Assembly: GCA_965207375.1 (NCBI GenBank)
Contig: OZ242274.1
Coordinates: 1,664,001-1,728,000, forward strand
Source: Nitrosopumilaceae archaeon
GTDB lineage: Archaea > Thermoproteota > Nitrososphaeria > Nitrososphaerales > Nitrosopumilaceae
Direction: 5' to 3'
Length of the DNA: 64,000 nt
The notes under the pieces are model-generated. The model did no database searches and was not told where the DNA came from. It worked only from the letters and a program-made list of their open reading frames with translations. The translations under genes were made by a program, and so were the position numbers. The number at the start of each line of letters is the position of its first letter. Position 1 is the first letter of the stretch. Shown one piece after another: positions 17,903 through 28,430 of this stretch.

Positions 17903-18677
17903 GATAGAAATCTCAAAATCAAATCTTTCAACTGTCATTTCAAAGGTTCAAGAACCTGTCTGTTTACTGGGTGGTTGGGCAGTTTACATTACCGTAAATC
18001 AAAGATTTAATGCCGAACAAGGAAGAGATTACATTGGTTCAAGAGACATTGATCTTGGTTTTCACATAGATGATGCTTGGTCTGATGAGCAATTGCAAAA
18101 ATCTGCATTTTCCAAATCAATTGAGATTCTAAAAGAGATGAAATATTATGGAATAGGATCACGTTTTGTCCAACACTATGATCTTCAAACTAAAAGATTC
18201 TTAACAGAAGAAAAGTCTAAAAAGCGTCCCAAATACGAGATGTTTGATCTGTTTGTTGACCCCGTTGTTGACAAAATCCATCCAAGGACAAAGATACTCT
18301 TGGGTTTGGATCCAATCGATGAGCCACTACTTGCAAATGTTTTTTCAGGTAATCAGTTTGTCATGTCAAGATACTTTGAAAAAGAGATAATGCTCCCACA
18401 TCCCGAGGTGTTAGTTTCTATGAAGATAAATTCTGTTCTAAACAGGAACAAAGAGGACAAGAGAATTAAGGACATTGCTGACATTTATTCTCTTATGTGG
18501 TATTCTAACACAAAATTTCCAGACCTAAAACAAAGTGTTCAGAAAATATGCAGTACTGAAAAAGCCTCATTAACAATTTCCAAGTTCACAGATCATGATT
18601 ACAGTTCAGTTTCTCAGGCAATAGGAGTCAACAAGGATGAGATTTCACGAGTAATTGCAGAAACTGCAAAAAAATAA
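17886..18677 (+). CDS. AbiEii-like nucleotidyltransferase toxin
   Basis: LLGGWAV, SRDIDL, MK and KDIADIY motifs. Confidence 0.7.
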   Translation: MYTENEIEISKSNLSTVISKVQEPVCLLGGWAVYITVNQRFNAEQGRDYIGSRDIDLGFHIDDAWSDEQLQKSAFSKSIEILKEMKYYGIGSRFVQHYDLQTKRFLTEEKSKKRPKYEMFDLFVDPVVDKIHPRTKILLGLDPIDEPLLANVFSGNQFVMSRYFEKEIMLPHPEVLVSMKINSVLNRNKEDKRIKDIADIYSLMWYSNTKFPDLKQSVQKICSTEKASLTISKFTDHDYSSVSQAIGVNKDEISRVIAETAKK

Positions 18678-18962
18678 TCTGTTGTTTACTAAATTGCTAG
18701 ATCGGTGATGTTTCACTTTTTGAAGCTCTCTCAAATGGCCATGCGCAACATCCCCTTTCATTGCAATGTGCTATTCCTCAGGATATGATATACAGAAATG
18801 GTACTTGTTCACATAATAGATAACGCTGAAGAATCGTACGATGTGTGTGTTTCTATCATATGTAGAACACAAAATGTCCTCGATACTAGGATCTTTCATA
18901 GGTACATCAAGTAGTCCGTATCCTAACATGTCACGCCGGACATAATATGCCATAAATTCAAT

Positions 18963-19045
18963 GCACTTGTTCACATCATGCCAAATTTTTTAATTACTGT
19001 ATTCATCATTTAGGCACAAATCGACTCGATTACGTGAACAAGTAT
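18963..19045. mobile_element. MITE family A, diverged copy
   Basis: TIR gcacttgttcac/gtgaacaagtat; perfect 8-bp TSD AATTCAAT. Confidence 0.75.
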
Positions 19046-19052
19046 AATTCAA

Positions 19053-19469
19053 TTATTGAAGATATCTTGGTATCTTTTTAACTATGTGAGATAGTGAAAT
19101 TCTACCTGGACCAATTGCAATAATCACAAGGCTAGCAGCTAGTAAAATTAGATCAAACTCATACCCCCTATCGCCGGTAAGACTAGATGCTCCTTTTATC
19201 ACAAATATTGCCCCAATCATTATAATTGAAAGCAACGATGCAGAAATTCTAGTTAGTGCACCTATAATCAGTAAAATTCCAGGTATCAGCTCTGCCAAGG
19301 CAATGAGAATAGCCATTTCTGGTGGCATTCCCTGTTTTGAGACAAATCCTGCAAAGCCTGGATCAAACTTTCCCAAAGAATGCACGATAAAGATAATTCC
19401 TACAACTAGCCTTAAACCAAAATGTGACACGTCATGATATATGGATTGTCGAATTTCAGCAGTTGCCAT
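19053..19469 (-). CDS. DoxX-family membrane protein
   Basis: LRLVVGIIFIVH..GKF, AELIPG.LLIIG.LTR and GYEFDL motifs. Confidence 0.85.
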   Translation of the reverse strand: MATAEIRQSIYHDVSHFGLRLVVGIIFIVHSLGKFDPGFAGFVSKQGMPPEMAILIALAELIPGILLIIGALTRISASLLSIIMIGAIFVIKGASSLTGDRGYEFDLILLAASLVIIAIGPGRISLSHIVKKIPRYLQ

Positions 19470-19746
19470 GAATAATTGAAATTTATTGTTACATATATTG
19501 TATTCCTAATAACATCAAGTGATTCATTTATCATATTATTTTCACAAGATCTACATGATATCACCACATGAGATCTGAGTGATAATCAAAATCTAGGTAA
19601 AAGTTTCTGACTTGTGTATTATTTACCGGTTACAGATCATCTAAAAATATACAATGCACCTAAAACACCTGCACAAATTGAACTCGATACTAGAACAGCA
19701 ATTGCAAAGCCCCTGTTTGCAGATATCCAAGATTTTTCAGACATGG

Positions 19747-20352
19747 TTATAAAAATTGGTTTTCAAAAACTATTTGATCCAAAGGCAGCTGTCCGCCACG
19801 CACATCAGCATCCTCTAACCGTTTTCCTACTGCAATCATCATTACAATGACATGATCATCTGGCAAATTGATGATTTTTGCAAGTTTGTCGTATTCAAAA
19901 CCCACCATCGGGCAAGAGTCAAGGCCCATCTGCCGTGCTGCAAGCATTATTGTTTGTGCAGCAAAACCACACGATCTCATGGCCTCATCTCGCATATTTT
20001 GCGGACAATTATGATACTTTTGTCTCAACTTTTCAGCAACTAGATCCTGTTTTTCAACAGGGTAATTTTTCCAATACCTGTGAGGCTGCTGATTCCATGC
20101 GTTTAGATTCCCACACAGAATTATCACCAGTGAGCTGTCACTTGGCTGTGACTGCCCCCTAGCTGCTACACTAATCTGTTTTTTGATATCTTGATCAGTT
20201 ACTGTGATGAATCTCCAATTTTGTTGATTATAACTAGTAGGGGATAAAATTGCCAACTCCATCAAAAATTTTACATCTTGAGCAGTCATGATATACGTGC
20301 TGTCAAATTTTTTAATTGCACGCCTTGTTTTGATTGCATCAAATGTATCCAT
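19747..20352 (-). CDS. Nitroreductase family protein
   Basis: RRAIKKF, SPTSYNQQNWRF and GLDSCPMVGF motifs. Confidence 0.9.
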   Translation of the reverse strand: MDTFDAIKTRRAIKKFDSTYIMTAQDVKFLMELAILSPTSYNQQNWRFITVTDQDIKKQISVAARGQSQPSDSSLVIILCGNLNAWNQQPHRYWKNYPVEKQDLVAEKLRQKYHNCPQNMRDEAMRSCGFAAQTIMLAARQMGLDSCPMVGFEYDKLAKIINLPDDHVIVMMIAVGKRLEDADVRGGQLPLDQIVFENQFL

Positions 20353-20424
20353 GTATCATCTAGATGTTTTTTGTAATTTAATTGATTCCAAAGTTATTTA
20401 GATGACTGCCAAGTTATAAGATAC

Positions 20425-20715
20425 ATGGGAGACGGGATCGGAGGCCCCGTAACAAAATGTCTTACAGGCAATGCATTTGAAATGTCTGTGACGCATTTTA
20501 GAAAGGACAATCAAGAGCAATACGGAAATATCGAAAAAATTATCATAGCTAAAGTAGATGATCCAAACAGTCCACAGTATGAGGAAAAAACAACAGAACA
20601 GTTACAGATGACACTAAATGGAAAATTTGTCACATGCAACGTACAATACAGGGACAAAAAAACAGATGCGCTAGTATGCAATGTATTTGTACAAAAACCA
20701 CCGGAAGGGTTTTAG
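20425..20715 (+). CDS. Hypothetical protein (small SNase-like fold possible)
   Basis: 96-aa ATG ORF with GKFVTCNVQYRD. Confidence 0.6.
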   Translation: MGDGIGGPVTKCLTGNAFEMSVTHFRKDNQEQYGNIEKIIIAKVDDPNSPQYEEKTTEQLQMTLNGKFVTCNVQYRDKKTDALVCNVFVQKPPEGF

Positions 20716-21047
20716 TTTACTTTGCTTTTTTGAATCAGTATTTTTTTAATTCTAGATATGGTAGGATAGCTGTATCCTCTACGCCGATAGTTGGCAATCA
20801 TCATTTTCCAGTTTTTTATTCTCCACTGTGCCTGCTCTACGGTAACTGAATGAACCTCCTTTTGAATTATGCTTTTTCTTCCCACCTTTAGTGTGCCTGC
20901 ATCTTTTGCAGACCATCTGTTTTTTGCAAATTTAAGACCTATCAATATTTCAGAAACAGGCATGTCACGAAAATACTCGCGCATTTTTTTGAGTTGAACA
21001 TCTGTTGGTTTTTCAGATACCCAAAGCTCAACTTGTGTTTTTTCCAT
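20712..21047 (-). CDS. Basic hypothetical protein
   Basis: ORF from MEKTQVELW; ends in an HTH-like GYSYPTISRIKK. Confidence 0.6.
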   Translation of the reverse strand: MEKTQVELWVSEKPTDVQLKKMREYFRDMPVSEILIGLKFAKNRWSAKDAGTLKVGRKSIIQKEVHSVTVEQAQWRIKNWKMMIANYRRRGYSYPTISRIKKILIQKSKVN

Positions 21048-21270
21048 GTTGTATATAGGACACACATCACATATCAAATTCGTGATAAATTCCATTTAAC
21101 AACTAGGAAAATAATTTAACAGTCAAATATTCCCAAATTGCTGTTTTTACAAACTGTATTGTAAACTCCAAATCCAAAAATAATTGCTCCAAACACGGCT
21201 AGTGGGACAATTATCAAAAGATTGGATTTTAACCCCATGATTGCAAAATGTGTCAGACGGTATAAAATAC

Positions 21271-21693
21271 CTAATCAGTCTCTATGACTAGATTGCCTAC
21301 AGTTTTTGGGTTTTGCAACAGTTTTACCATTCTTTGAGGCAGTGAATCAGATGCTTTATCACATAAAACTGCCAAGGTTCTAGGACATACAAAATCGCTT
21401 TTTCGAATAACTATATCGTCTTTGTGTGTTAGGGTCAGATCAGAATGCCCTCGTCCTTGTAGTATGAAACTTTGATCATTTACAGTAATGGTAAATGTAA
21501 CGATACGATCAGGATCCTGTAGTCTTTTTTTTAATTGTACAGGAAGGTCGTAGCATCCGCATGATGCATTGACTCCGATTATGCAGTCTCCTCGAATAGT
21601 CAGCTCAGAGTCTTTTGTAATTTCCATGGTTTTTTTGTGAAGGGCCAAAATGTTGACATGACCTGAAAATGAAATTTCAAACCGCACGGTCAA
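21271..21693 (-). CDS. DUF371 family protein
   Basis: GHVNILALHKKTMEITKD..LT.RGDCIIGV and IVIRKSDFVCPRTL motifs. Confidence 0.85.
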   Translation of the reverse strand: MTVRFEISFSGHVNILALHKKTMEITKDSELTIRGDCIIGVNASCGCYDLPVQLKKRLQDPDRIVTFTITVNDQSFILQGRGHSDLTLTHKDDIVIRKSDFVCPRTLAVLCDKASDSLPQRMVKLLQNPKTVGNLVIETD

Positions 21694-21740
21694 ACTAGTA
21701 GGCTAGACTTAAATTAAACTTTCAAAACATCAAAAATGAA

Positions 21741-22478
21741 ATGCTTCCTGCACAGCAAGGTTATGATAGAGCAATTACTGTATTTTCGCCAGATGGTAGA
21801 TTATACCAAGTAGAGTATGCCATTGAAACCGTACGCAGAGGCACCATTGCAGTAGGAGTAAAATGCAAACAGGGTGTAGTTATTGCAGTAGAAGAAAAGG
21901 CAAGAAAATTACAGATTTCAGAACATGCCCAGAAAATATTTGAGATAGACCAGCATGTTGGTGTGGCAGCAGCAGGATACATTCCGGATGCAAGAAGCCA
22001 GGTAGATAATGCACGGTTTTTCTCTCAAAGTAACAGGCTAATTTACGACGAGGAAGTCGAGGTAGAAACAATTGCAAAACACCTAGCAGATCAAAGCCAG
22101 CAATTTACACAATATGCAGGAGTAAGACCAAACGGCGTTGCGTTAATTCTAGCAGGAGTAAACAGAGAATCAAGCCAGCTATATCTTACTGACCCAAGCG
22201 GCACATACATTTCATATGATGCAGTTGCGATAGGTGCAAACTCTGATAGAGTTACGGAATTTTTAGAAAAAACTTACAAATCCGATTTATCACTAGAGGA
22301 TGCATCAGCACTTGCCACAGCTTCTATATTTATCGCAAGTGATGACAAGGATGCAACTAAAAACATACGTATGGCACAAGTAAAATCAGATGCGGGCAAA
22401 TTTGAGCTCGTATCAGAAGAACAGATTGCAAACTATGCAAAAAATGCAAAGGAAAAATTTCCGGCAAAACAAAACTAA
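21741..22478 (+). CDS. psmA: Proteasome alpha subunit
   Basis: YDRAITVFSPDGRLYQVEYA signature. Confidence 0.97.
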   Translation: MLPAQQGYDRAITVFSPDGRLYQVEYAIETVRRGTIAVGVKCKQGVVIAVEEKARKLQISEHAQKIFEIDQHVGVAAAGYIPDARSQVDNARFFSQSNRLIYDEEVEVETIAKHLADQSQQFTQYAGVRPNGVALILAGVNRESSQLYLTDPSGTYISYDAVAIGANSDRVTEFLEKTYKSDLSLEDASALATASIFIASDDKDATKNIRMAQVKSDAGKFELVSEEQIANYAKNAKEKFPAKQN

Positions 22479-22486
22479 GATTAGAG

Positions 22487-23290
22487 TTGAAACTTTCAAT
22501 AGCAATACCAGATTCGTGCCTAAACGATGAGCATACAAACTTGGACAAGTCAAGAAAGATTGCAAGTATTGCAAGGGCCTGTGCAGTTTTTCAGATAGAG
22601 ACCATATACATTTATCAACACGACTCTGACAGCAACGATAAAACACTACTCCTTACAATTCTCAAATATTTAGACACACCACAATTTTTGAGAAAGAGAC
22701 TGTTTCCCAAAATGAACGAACTAAAGTATGCAGGAGTCTTGCATCCGTTAAAGATTCCAAGTCACATAACTCTTGCAGACGCTAAAAAAATCAAAAACGG
22801 CACACATCGTGACGGCATTATAGTAAAGACTAGGGGACAGATATTTGCAGATTTTGGGATTAACATGCTGTTGTCATATCGGGGAAATCTCGGAATAGGA
22901 AAAAGAATCACTGCAAGATTTAGTTCAGGAGCACCAGACTACAAATACAAGCAGGTCACAAAGGAAGAAACTGCACAATACTGGGGCTATATTGTCAAAG
23001 AGCGGGGCCCGCTTGCAAAGCTGCTCTCATCCTGGGAGGATGCAATAATTTTAACCTCTAGAAAAGGCAAAATAATAACACAGGAGCAGATCAAAAATTA
23101 TCAAAGTGCAGACGGCAGACTGCTAGTGGTATATGGCTCTACCGAAAAGGGAATTCATGAGATCTTGGGGAAAAATCTCAACAACATACCAAACTCGCGC
23201 GTTTTGAATTTTTTTCCAAACCAGGCCACAGAAACTGTACGTCTAGAGGAGGCAATACTAGGAACTCTGGCAATGCTGAATCTGCCATAG
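22487..23290 (+). CDS. SPOUT RNA methyltransferase (DUF171 type)
   Basis: IARACAVF, DTPQFLRK and NQATETVRLEEA motifs; lies upstream of rpl3. Confidence 0.85.
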   Translation: MKLSIAIPDSCLNDEHTNLDKSRKIASIARACAVFQIETIYIYQHDSDSNDKTLLLTILKYLDTPQFLRKRLFPKMNELKYAGVLHPLKIPSHITLADAKKIKNGTHRDGIIVKTRGQIFADFGINMLLSYRGNLGIGKRITARFSSGAPDYKYKQVTKEETAQYWGYIVKERGPLAKLLSSWEDAIILTSRKGKIITQEQIKNYQSADGRLLVVYGSTEKGIHEILGKNLNNIPNSRVLNFFPNQATETVRLEEAILGTLAMLNLP

Positions 23291-23319
23291 ACTAAATATA
23301 GATCTTGCAGGAGGATATC

Positions 23320-23424
23320 ATGGAAAAGAAAAATTTTTTGGTTTTGGCTATGGCAATGGGTGCAATTGGTATAGTCATTGGCAGCTATAGCATCTGGAAT
23401 ATATCTAGCATGTTGCAACCTTGA
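23320..23424 (+). CDS. Small membrane peptide, 34 aa (MEKKNFLVLAMAMGAIGIVIGSYSIWNISSMLQP)
   Basis: AGGAGG RBS directly upstream; single TM helix. Confidence 0.55.
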   Translation: MEKKNFLVLAMAMGAIGIVIGSYSIWNISSMLQP

Positions 23425-23494
23425 TAGGATCATTTTTGCAGTCTTAAAAATTTAATAAGTATATAATGGGGTTAACGACTTTTTTCGTTTATCC

Positions 23495-24493
23495 ATGGGA
23501 CACAGAAAACACAGTCAACCGCGCAGAGGTAGTCTTGCATATCTGCCTAGAGGCCGTGCTAAAAGTATGGAGCCAAGAATCAGAATGCGCGGATGGGCTC
23601 AAACAGACTCTAAAGAGCCGCATTTGCTTGCACATTGTGGATTCAAGGTAGGATGTGTGCAGCTTGTAACAATTGATGACAGAGAGCACGTACCAAACCA
23701 TGGAAAGCAGTTAGTTAGTTTGGGAACGGTTCTAGCCACACCTCCGGTTTTAGTTTTAGGAGTAAGAGGATATTCAAAGGATGCAGACGGAATGCATGCA
23801 GAATTTGACGTATACTCTGAAGATCTTCCAAAAAATCTTTCAAAGGAGATAAGTGTGAAAAACCGCGATGGTGCAGTAGAGAATGCACAAAAAAGACTGC
23901 ACAGCATCAAAGAAATTTTTGCCATAGTTACGGTTTTGCCAAGGTCAGTTGGTTTAGAGCAAAAAAAGCCGTATATTTTCGAGGTACCAGTAAGGGGTGC
24001 AGATGTGCAAAAGCAGTTTGAATATGTCAGGGATTTACTAGGAAAGGAGGTAAAATTTGATCAGGTTTTTGAAACAGGTGCCAGCGTAGATGTTGCAGCA
24101 ATTACAAAAGGCAAGGGATGGCAGGGAGTAATTCAAAGATATGGTGCAAAAAGAAAACAGCACAAATCAAGAAAGACAGTCAGAGAGATAGGCTCGCTAG
24201 GACCAATTTCACCGCAAAATATCATGTATACTGTACCACGAGCAGGACAGATGGGATTTCATCAAAGAATAGAATACAACAAGAGAATTATGGTAGTAGC
24301 AAATGCAGATGACGGCAAGACAAAAATCAATCCAGACGGCGGATACAAACATTTCGGATTAGTAAATGGTGATTATATTATTTTAAAGGGCTCAGTTCCC
24401 GGAACATATCGCAGATTAATTAAAATGCGCAAGCAAATCAGAAACGAGCCTGACAAGATAATAAAACCAAACATCTTGGAGGTAGTAATATGA
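23495..24493 (+). CDS. rpl3: 50S ribosomal protein L3
   Basis: PRRGSLAYLPR and RAGQMGFHQR motifs. Confidence 0.97.
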   Translation: MGHRKHSQPRRGSLAYLPRGRAKSMEPRIRMRGWAQTDSKEPHLLAHCGFKVGCVQLVTIDDREHVPNHGKQLVSLGTVLATPPVLVLGVRGYSKDADGMHAEFDVYSEDLPKNLSKEISVKNRDGAVENAQKRLHSIKEIFAIVTVLPRSVGLEQKKPYIFEVPVRGADVQKQFEYVRDLLGKEVKFDQVFETGASVDVAAITKGKGWQGVIQRYGAKRKQHKSRKTVREIGSLGPISPQNIMYTVPRAGQMGFHQRIEYNKRIMVVANADDGKTKINPDGGYKHFGLVNGDYIILKGSVPGTYRRLIKMRKQIRNEPDKIIKPNILEVVI

Positions 24494-25302
24494 AATCACA
24501 GGTATATTCGGTATCTGGTGTAAAACAAGACGAGATGGAGCTGCCTCAGGTATTTTCCACACCTGTAAAAAGAGAGGTAATTCAAAAGGCATACATCAAT
24601 TTAGAATCACACAAATTCCAGCCAAAAGGAACGCACCCTACTGCAGGTATGGATGTGGTTGCAAGATCAAATGACCCACCTACAGGCCAAGGCTCATCAC
24701 GTATTGCAAAAATGCGCGGTGGAGGAGGCGGCCGCCAGGGACAAGCAGGTGGAGTAGCATCAGTCAGGGGCGGTAGACAGGCACATCCACCAAAGGTTCA
24801 AAAAGTCATTTACAAAAAACTCAACAAAAAAGAAAACAAGCTAGCACTGTGTAGTGCAATTGCTGCAACATCATCAAAAGACCTGATACAGGCAAGAGGC
24901 CACAAAGTGGGCTCAAATGAATCATTTCCAATTATTGTTTCAGATGAGATTGAATCTATAATCAAAACACAGGAACTCGTACAGACAATTGAATCCTTGA
25001 ATCTAACAGATGACCTAAACCGGTTAAAAGACAGAAAGGCACGTACCGGCAAATCAGCACTGCGAGGAAGAACAAAAAAGGTTGGAAAAAGCATTCTATT
25101 TGTTGTGAAATCCTCAGAAAAACTAGCAATGGCTGCAGGTGCAATACCTGGAGTAGATGTAAAGGCAGCAAATGATCTAAGCGTGTTAGATTTAGCACCA
25201 GGTTCTACTCTTATTCGATTAACGGTTTATTCAAAGGCTGCAATTGCAGAGATTGCAAAAATAAAATCCACACATCTGGAGTTAATGGTGAAGGTACAAT
25301 GA
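24490..25302 (+). CDS. rpl4: 50S ribosomal protein L4
   Basis: GGRQAHPPK and LDLAPG motifs; operon order. Confidence 0.96.
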   Translation: MKSQVYSVSGVKQDEMELPQVFSTPVKREVIQKAYINLESHKFQPKGTHPTAGMDVVARSNDPPTGQGSSRIAKMRGGGGGRQGQAGGVASVRGGRQAHPPKVQKVIYKKLNKKENKLALCSAIAATSSKDLIQARGHKVGSNESFPIIVSDEIESIIKTQELVQTIESLNLTDDLNRLKDRKARTGKSALRGRTKKVGKSILFVVKSSEKLAMAAGAIPGVDVKAANDLSVLDLAPGSTLIRLTVYSKAAIAEIAKIKSTHLELMVKVQ

Positions 25303-25565
25303 ACGTAGAGCAGGCAATGAAGGTTGTTTTAAAACCATACATTACAGAAAAGACATTTGCCATGGTAGAGACAGAAAGCAAGATCTGTTTTATTGTAAAC
25401 AAAACAGCAAGCAAACCCCAGATAAGAGAGGCAATTGAGACCCTGTATAAGGCAAGTGCAATAGATGTAAACACCGCAAGGACAATTTACGGTAAAAAGG
25501 CCTTTGTACAGTTTGATAATGCAGAAAAGGCAAGGGACCTAGCCACAAAAATAGGAATGCTATAA
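25299..25565 (+). CDS. rpl23: 50S ribosomal protein L23
   Basis: PYITEK and GKKAFV motifs. Confidence 0.95.
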   Translation: MNVEQAMKVVLKPYITEKTFAMVETESKICFIVNKTASKPQIREAIETLYKASAIDVNTARTIYGKKAFVQFDNAEKARDLATKIGML

Positions 25566-25606
25566 TATGGTTTGCAGATTTTCGCTTGTACTAGAGGAGA
25601 AAAAAG

Positions 25607-26002
25607 ATGGTTAAAGAGTTCAATTATAGAGGTATTGCACACGAGGAATTAGAAAATATCCAGCTAGAAAAGCTGTTCCAGTTGTTTACTGCCCGTCAGA
25701 GAAGATCGCTTACAAGGGGAATTACAGATGGAAAGAGAAAACTGATCGAGGAGATAAAAAGTGCAAAGGCAGGAAAGCTAAAGAATCCAATTAAAACCCA
25801 TGTCAGGGACTTGATTGTCTTGCCGTACATGGTAGGAATTACAGTCAACGTATTTTCTGGAAAAGAGTTTGTTCCAGTTTCAATCAAAGAGGAGATGATA
25901 GGCCATTATTTGGGCGAATACGTCATTACCAATAAACGAGTCCAGCACGGTGCACCCGGTGTTGGTGCATCAAGATCCAGCCTGTACGTGCCATTAAAGT
26001 GA
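25607..26002 (+). CDS. rps19: 30S ribosomal protein S19
   Basis: IKTHVRD and MIGHYLGEY motifs. Confidence 0.96.
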   Translation: MVKEFNYRGIAHEELENIQLEKLFQLFTARQRRSLTRGITDGKRKLIEEIKSAKAGKLKNPIKTHVRDLIVLPYMVGITVNVFSGKEFVPVSIKEEMIGHYLGEYVITNKRVQHGAPGVGASRSSLYVPLK

Positions 26003-26007
26003 TAGTT

Positions 26008-26466
26008 ATGACAAGATTCGGTTACGCATTTCAAAATTATGATACAACAAAACATGTCAGAGCATCTACCAGAGAGAAAAACATGTCACACAAGCATGCA
26101 AGAGAAATTGCGCACCGGATCAAAGATATGAGAGTTGAAAAGGCACGAGACTTTTTGCAAAGAGTAACGAGAATGCAAAGTGCAGTACCTATGAAAAGGT
26201 TCAAAAATCAGGTGGGCCACAAGTCAGACCCCGGACTCATGGCAGGTAGATATCCGCAAAAAACTGCCAAAGAATTTTTGAAGCTTTTAGACAACCTAGA
26301 ATCAAACGCAGAATACAAGGGAATGGATTTGGACAGATTAAAGATTGTAAATGCAACAACGCACAAGGGTGTTTTGGTAAAAAGATTCATCCCAAGGGCA
26401 ATGGGCAGGGCCACTCCAAAAAACAACGTATTGACTCATGCCGAAATTGTGGCAATGGAGGTATAA
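26008..26466 (+). CDS. rpl22: 50S ribosomal protein L22
   Basis: GRYPQK and PRAMGRATP motifs. Confidence 0.96.
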   Translation: MTRFGYAFQNYDTTKHVRASTREKNMSHKHAREIAHRIKDMRVEKARDFLQRVTRMQSAVPMKRFKNQVGHKSDPGLMAGRYPQKTAKEFLKLLDNLESNAEYKGMDLDRLKIVNATTHKGVLVKRFIPRAMGRATPKNNVLTHAEIVAMEV

Positions 26467-26469
26467 AAC

Positions 26470-27213
26470 ATGTCAGTCAAAAATGTAATAAAAGATAACT
26501 ACAACATGATGTTGCTAAAAGACTATCTAAGAGAAAAGATAAAGGATGCAGGATTCTCAGAGGTCGAAATGGCAAAAACACCTACAGGTACAAGGGTGTC
26601 GCTACACGTTACAAGACCAGGAATAGTAATTGGCAGAAAAGGCTCTGGCATCAAGGAATTAACCGAAGTATTAACTGAAAGATTTGGCTTGAAGAATCCA
26701 CAGATTTCAGTTGTAGAAATTGACAAGCCAGAATTGTCACCAAGCGTCATGTGTAACAGAATTGCAACTCATATCTCACGAGGCATTGCATTTAGAAGAG
26801 CCACAATGTGGACGCTAAAACAGATAATGGAAAACGGAGCAATGGGGGTTCAGATTACAGTTTCAGGTAAGCTAAGAGGCGACAGATCGGCCTTTGAAAA
26901 ACACACTCAAGGAATACTTCCAAGGGCAGGCCATCACGCAGAGGTAATTGTTTCAGAAGATATTGCTCACGTAAAAACCCCGATGGGTCTAATCGGAGTC
27001 AGAATCAGAATTGCAAGAAAGGAAAAGGTTATTCCAGAGTTTGAAATGATTCGTCAAAAGCCAAAGCAGGTCAAAGACAAAGATACAGGAAAGATGAGAG
27101 ACGAAACAGAGACCGAACGCAAGGCAAGAACCGAATCAGAGCAAATCGCACTAGAAGAGGAAAAGATGAAAGAGTTAGAAACACTAGAAGAAGAGGAGCA
27201 GCAACTAAAATGA
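26470..27213 (+). CDS. rps3: 30S ribosomal protein S3
   Basis: [12 protein letters not shown] motif; SGKLRG. Confidence 0.96.
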   Translation: MSVKNVIKDNYNMMLLKDYLREKIKDAGFSEVEMAKTPTGTRVSLHVTRPGIVIGRKGSGIKELTEVLTERFGLKNPQISVVEIDKPELSPSVMCNRIATHISRGIAFRRATMWTLKQIMENGAMGVQITVSGKLRGDRSAFEKHTQGILPRAGHHAEVIVSEDIAHVKTPMGLIGVRIRIARKEKVIPEFEMIRQKPKQVKDKDTGKMRDETETERKARTESEQIALEEEKMKELETLEEEEQQLK

Positions 27214-27413
27214 GCAGAATAAAAATGAAGACAATCAGGGCATTTAACGCCTCAGATCTGCGGCAACACATACAAGAGACACGTGGAGAGCTAGGAAAGC
27301 TGCGAACCGATGCTGCAAAGGGAACCCTGCGCAAAGAAAGCGGCAAAATAAAGGCGTTAAAAAAGGACATTGCAAGAATGAAGACAAGGCAAAGCGAGAT
27401 GAAAAACCAATGA
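27210..27413 (+). CDS. rpl29: 50S ribosomal protein L29
   Basis: [13 protein letters not shown]; operon position. Confidence 0.9.
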   Translation: MSRIKMKTIRAFNASDLRQHIQETRGELGKLRTDAAKGTLRKESGKIKALKKDIARMKTRQSEMKNQ

Positions 27414-27676
27414 TCACACCAGATAACATTTTCAGACACGAGTTAGTAGGATTGCATGCTGTAATAGTAAACGCTACAAATTCCCAGATGATAGGCATTT
27501 CTGGAACCGTAATTGATGAGACAAAATCTATGTTAATACTAGATACCAAATCAGGAACAAAAATGATTCCAAAAAATACCAGCAAGTGGAGATTTGACGT
27601 AGCAGGAAGGCATATCCATATTAATGGAGAGCAAATTACAAAACGTTCAGCAGAGAGGTTGATGATAAAGGTATGA
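27410..27676 (+). CDS. rnp1: Ribonuclease P protein component 1 (Rpp29)
   Basis: HELVGL, GTVIDETK and IPK motifs. Confidence 0.92.
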   Translation: MITPDNIFRHELVGLHAVIVNATNSQMIGISGTVIDETKSMLILDTKSGTKMIPKNTSKWRFDVAGRHIHINGEQITKRSAERLMIKV

Positions 27677-27996
27677 CTCAAAACATTGGAATAAGTGTTC
27701 AAACACCCGAGGAAAAATGTGACGACATACACTGTCCTTTTCACGGCAAGCTATCAATTCGAGGCAAGCTCTTTGATGGCAAGGCAACAGGCACCAAGGC
27801 AAGACAAACCATTACGCTGCAAAAGGAGGCACCAGTATATATGAGCAAATTCAAAAGATATGCAAGGAGTAAAAGTACTATTCATGCACATGTTCCTGCA
27901 TGTATTTCGGTAAATAGTGGAGACATTGTTCGCACCGCCGAATGCAGGCCAATATCAAAATCAGTATCATTTGTAGTTGTGGAGGTCAAAGGATAA
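27673..27996 (+). CDS. rps17: 30S ribosomal protein S17
   Basis: CPFHG.LSIRG and ECRPISK motifs. Confidence 0.96.
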   Translation: MTQNIGISVQTPEEKCDDIHCPFHGKLSIRGKLFDGKATGTKARQTITLQKEAPVYMSKFKRYARSKSTIHAHVPACISVNSGDIVRTAECRPISKSVSFVVVEVKG

Positions 27997-28430
27997 TGTC
28001 ACAGGGCCGTAGCAGAGGCAAGTCAAAGGGCGTATCTGAGTTTAGGCCATATGTTACAAAGTCATTGCCTGTAGGTGCAGAAATCGTATGTGCGGACAAT
28101 TCTGGTGCAAAAATAATCGAGATAGTAATGGTACCAGGACACAAAACCCGTGTTTCAAGGCTGCCTGCAGCATCTGTTGGAGACTTTGTCAACGTCGTTG
28201 TAAAAAAGGGACCAGCAGAGTTGAGAAAGCAAGTCTTTGGCGCAGTTATAATTAGACAGAAATATCCAATAAGAAGACTAAACGGTGTAAGAGTTGCATT
28301 TGAGGATAATGCCGCAGTTTTAATGACTCCCGAAGGAGAAGCCAAGGGAACCGACATTAAAGGACCCGTAGCATCAGAGGCCACAGAGAAATGGCCAAGG
28401 GTTGCCAATCTGGCATCAATGGTGGTATAG
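27996..28430 (+). CDS. rpl14: 50S ribosomal protein L14
   Basis: CADNSGAK and FEDNAAV motifs; ATG at 27996. Confidence 0.96.
   Translation: MSQGRSRGKSKGVSEFRPYVTKSLPVGAEIVCADNSGAKIIEIVMVPGHKTRVSRLPAASVGDFVNVVVKKGPAELRKQVFGAVIIRQKYPIRRLNGVRVAFEDNAAVLMTPEGEAKGTDIKGPVASEATEKWPRVANLASMVV

Noticed and set aside
25566-25606. Absence of rpl2 between rpl23 and rps19
   Set aside because: To my knowledge this is the usual arrangement in Thaumarchaeota; no remnant or scar is seen.
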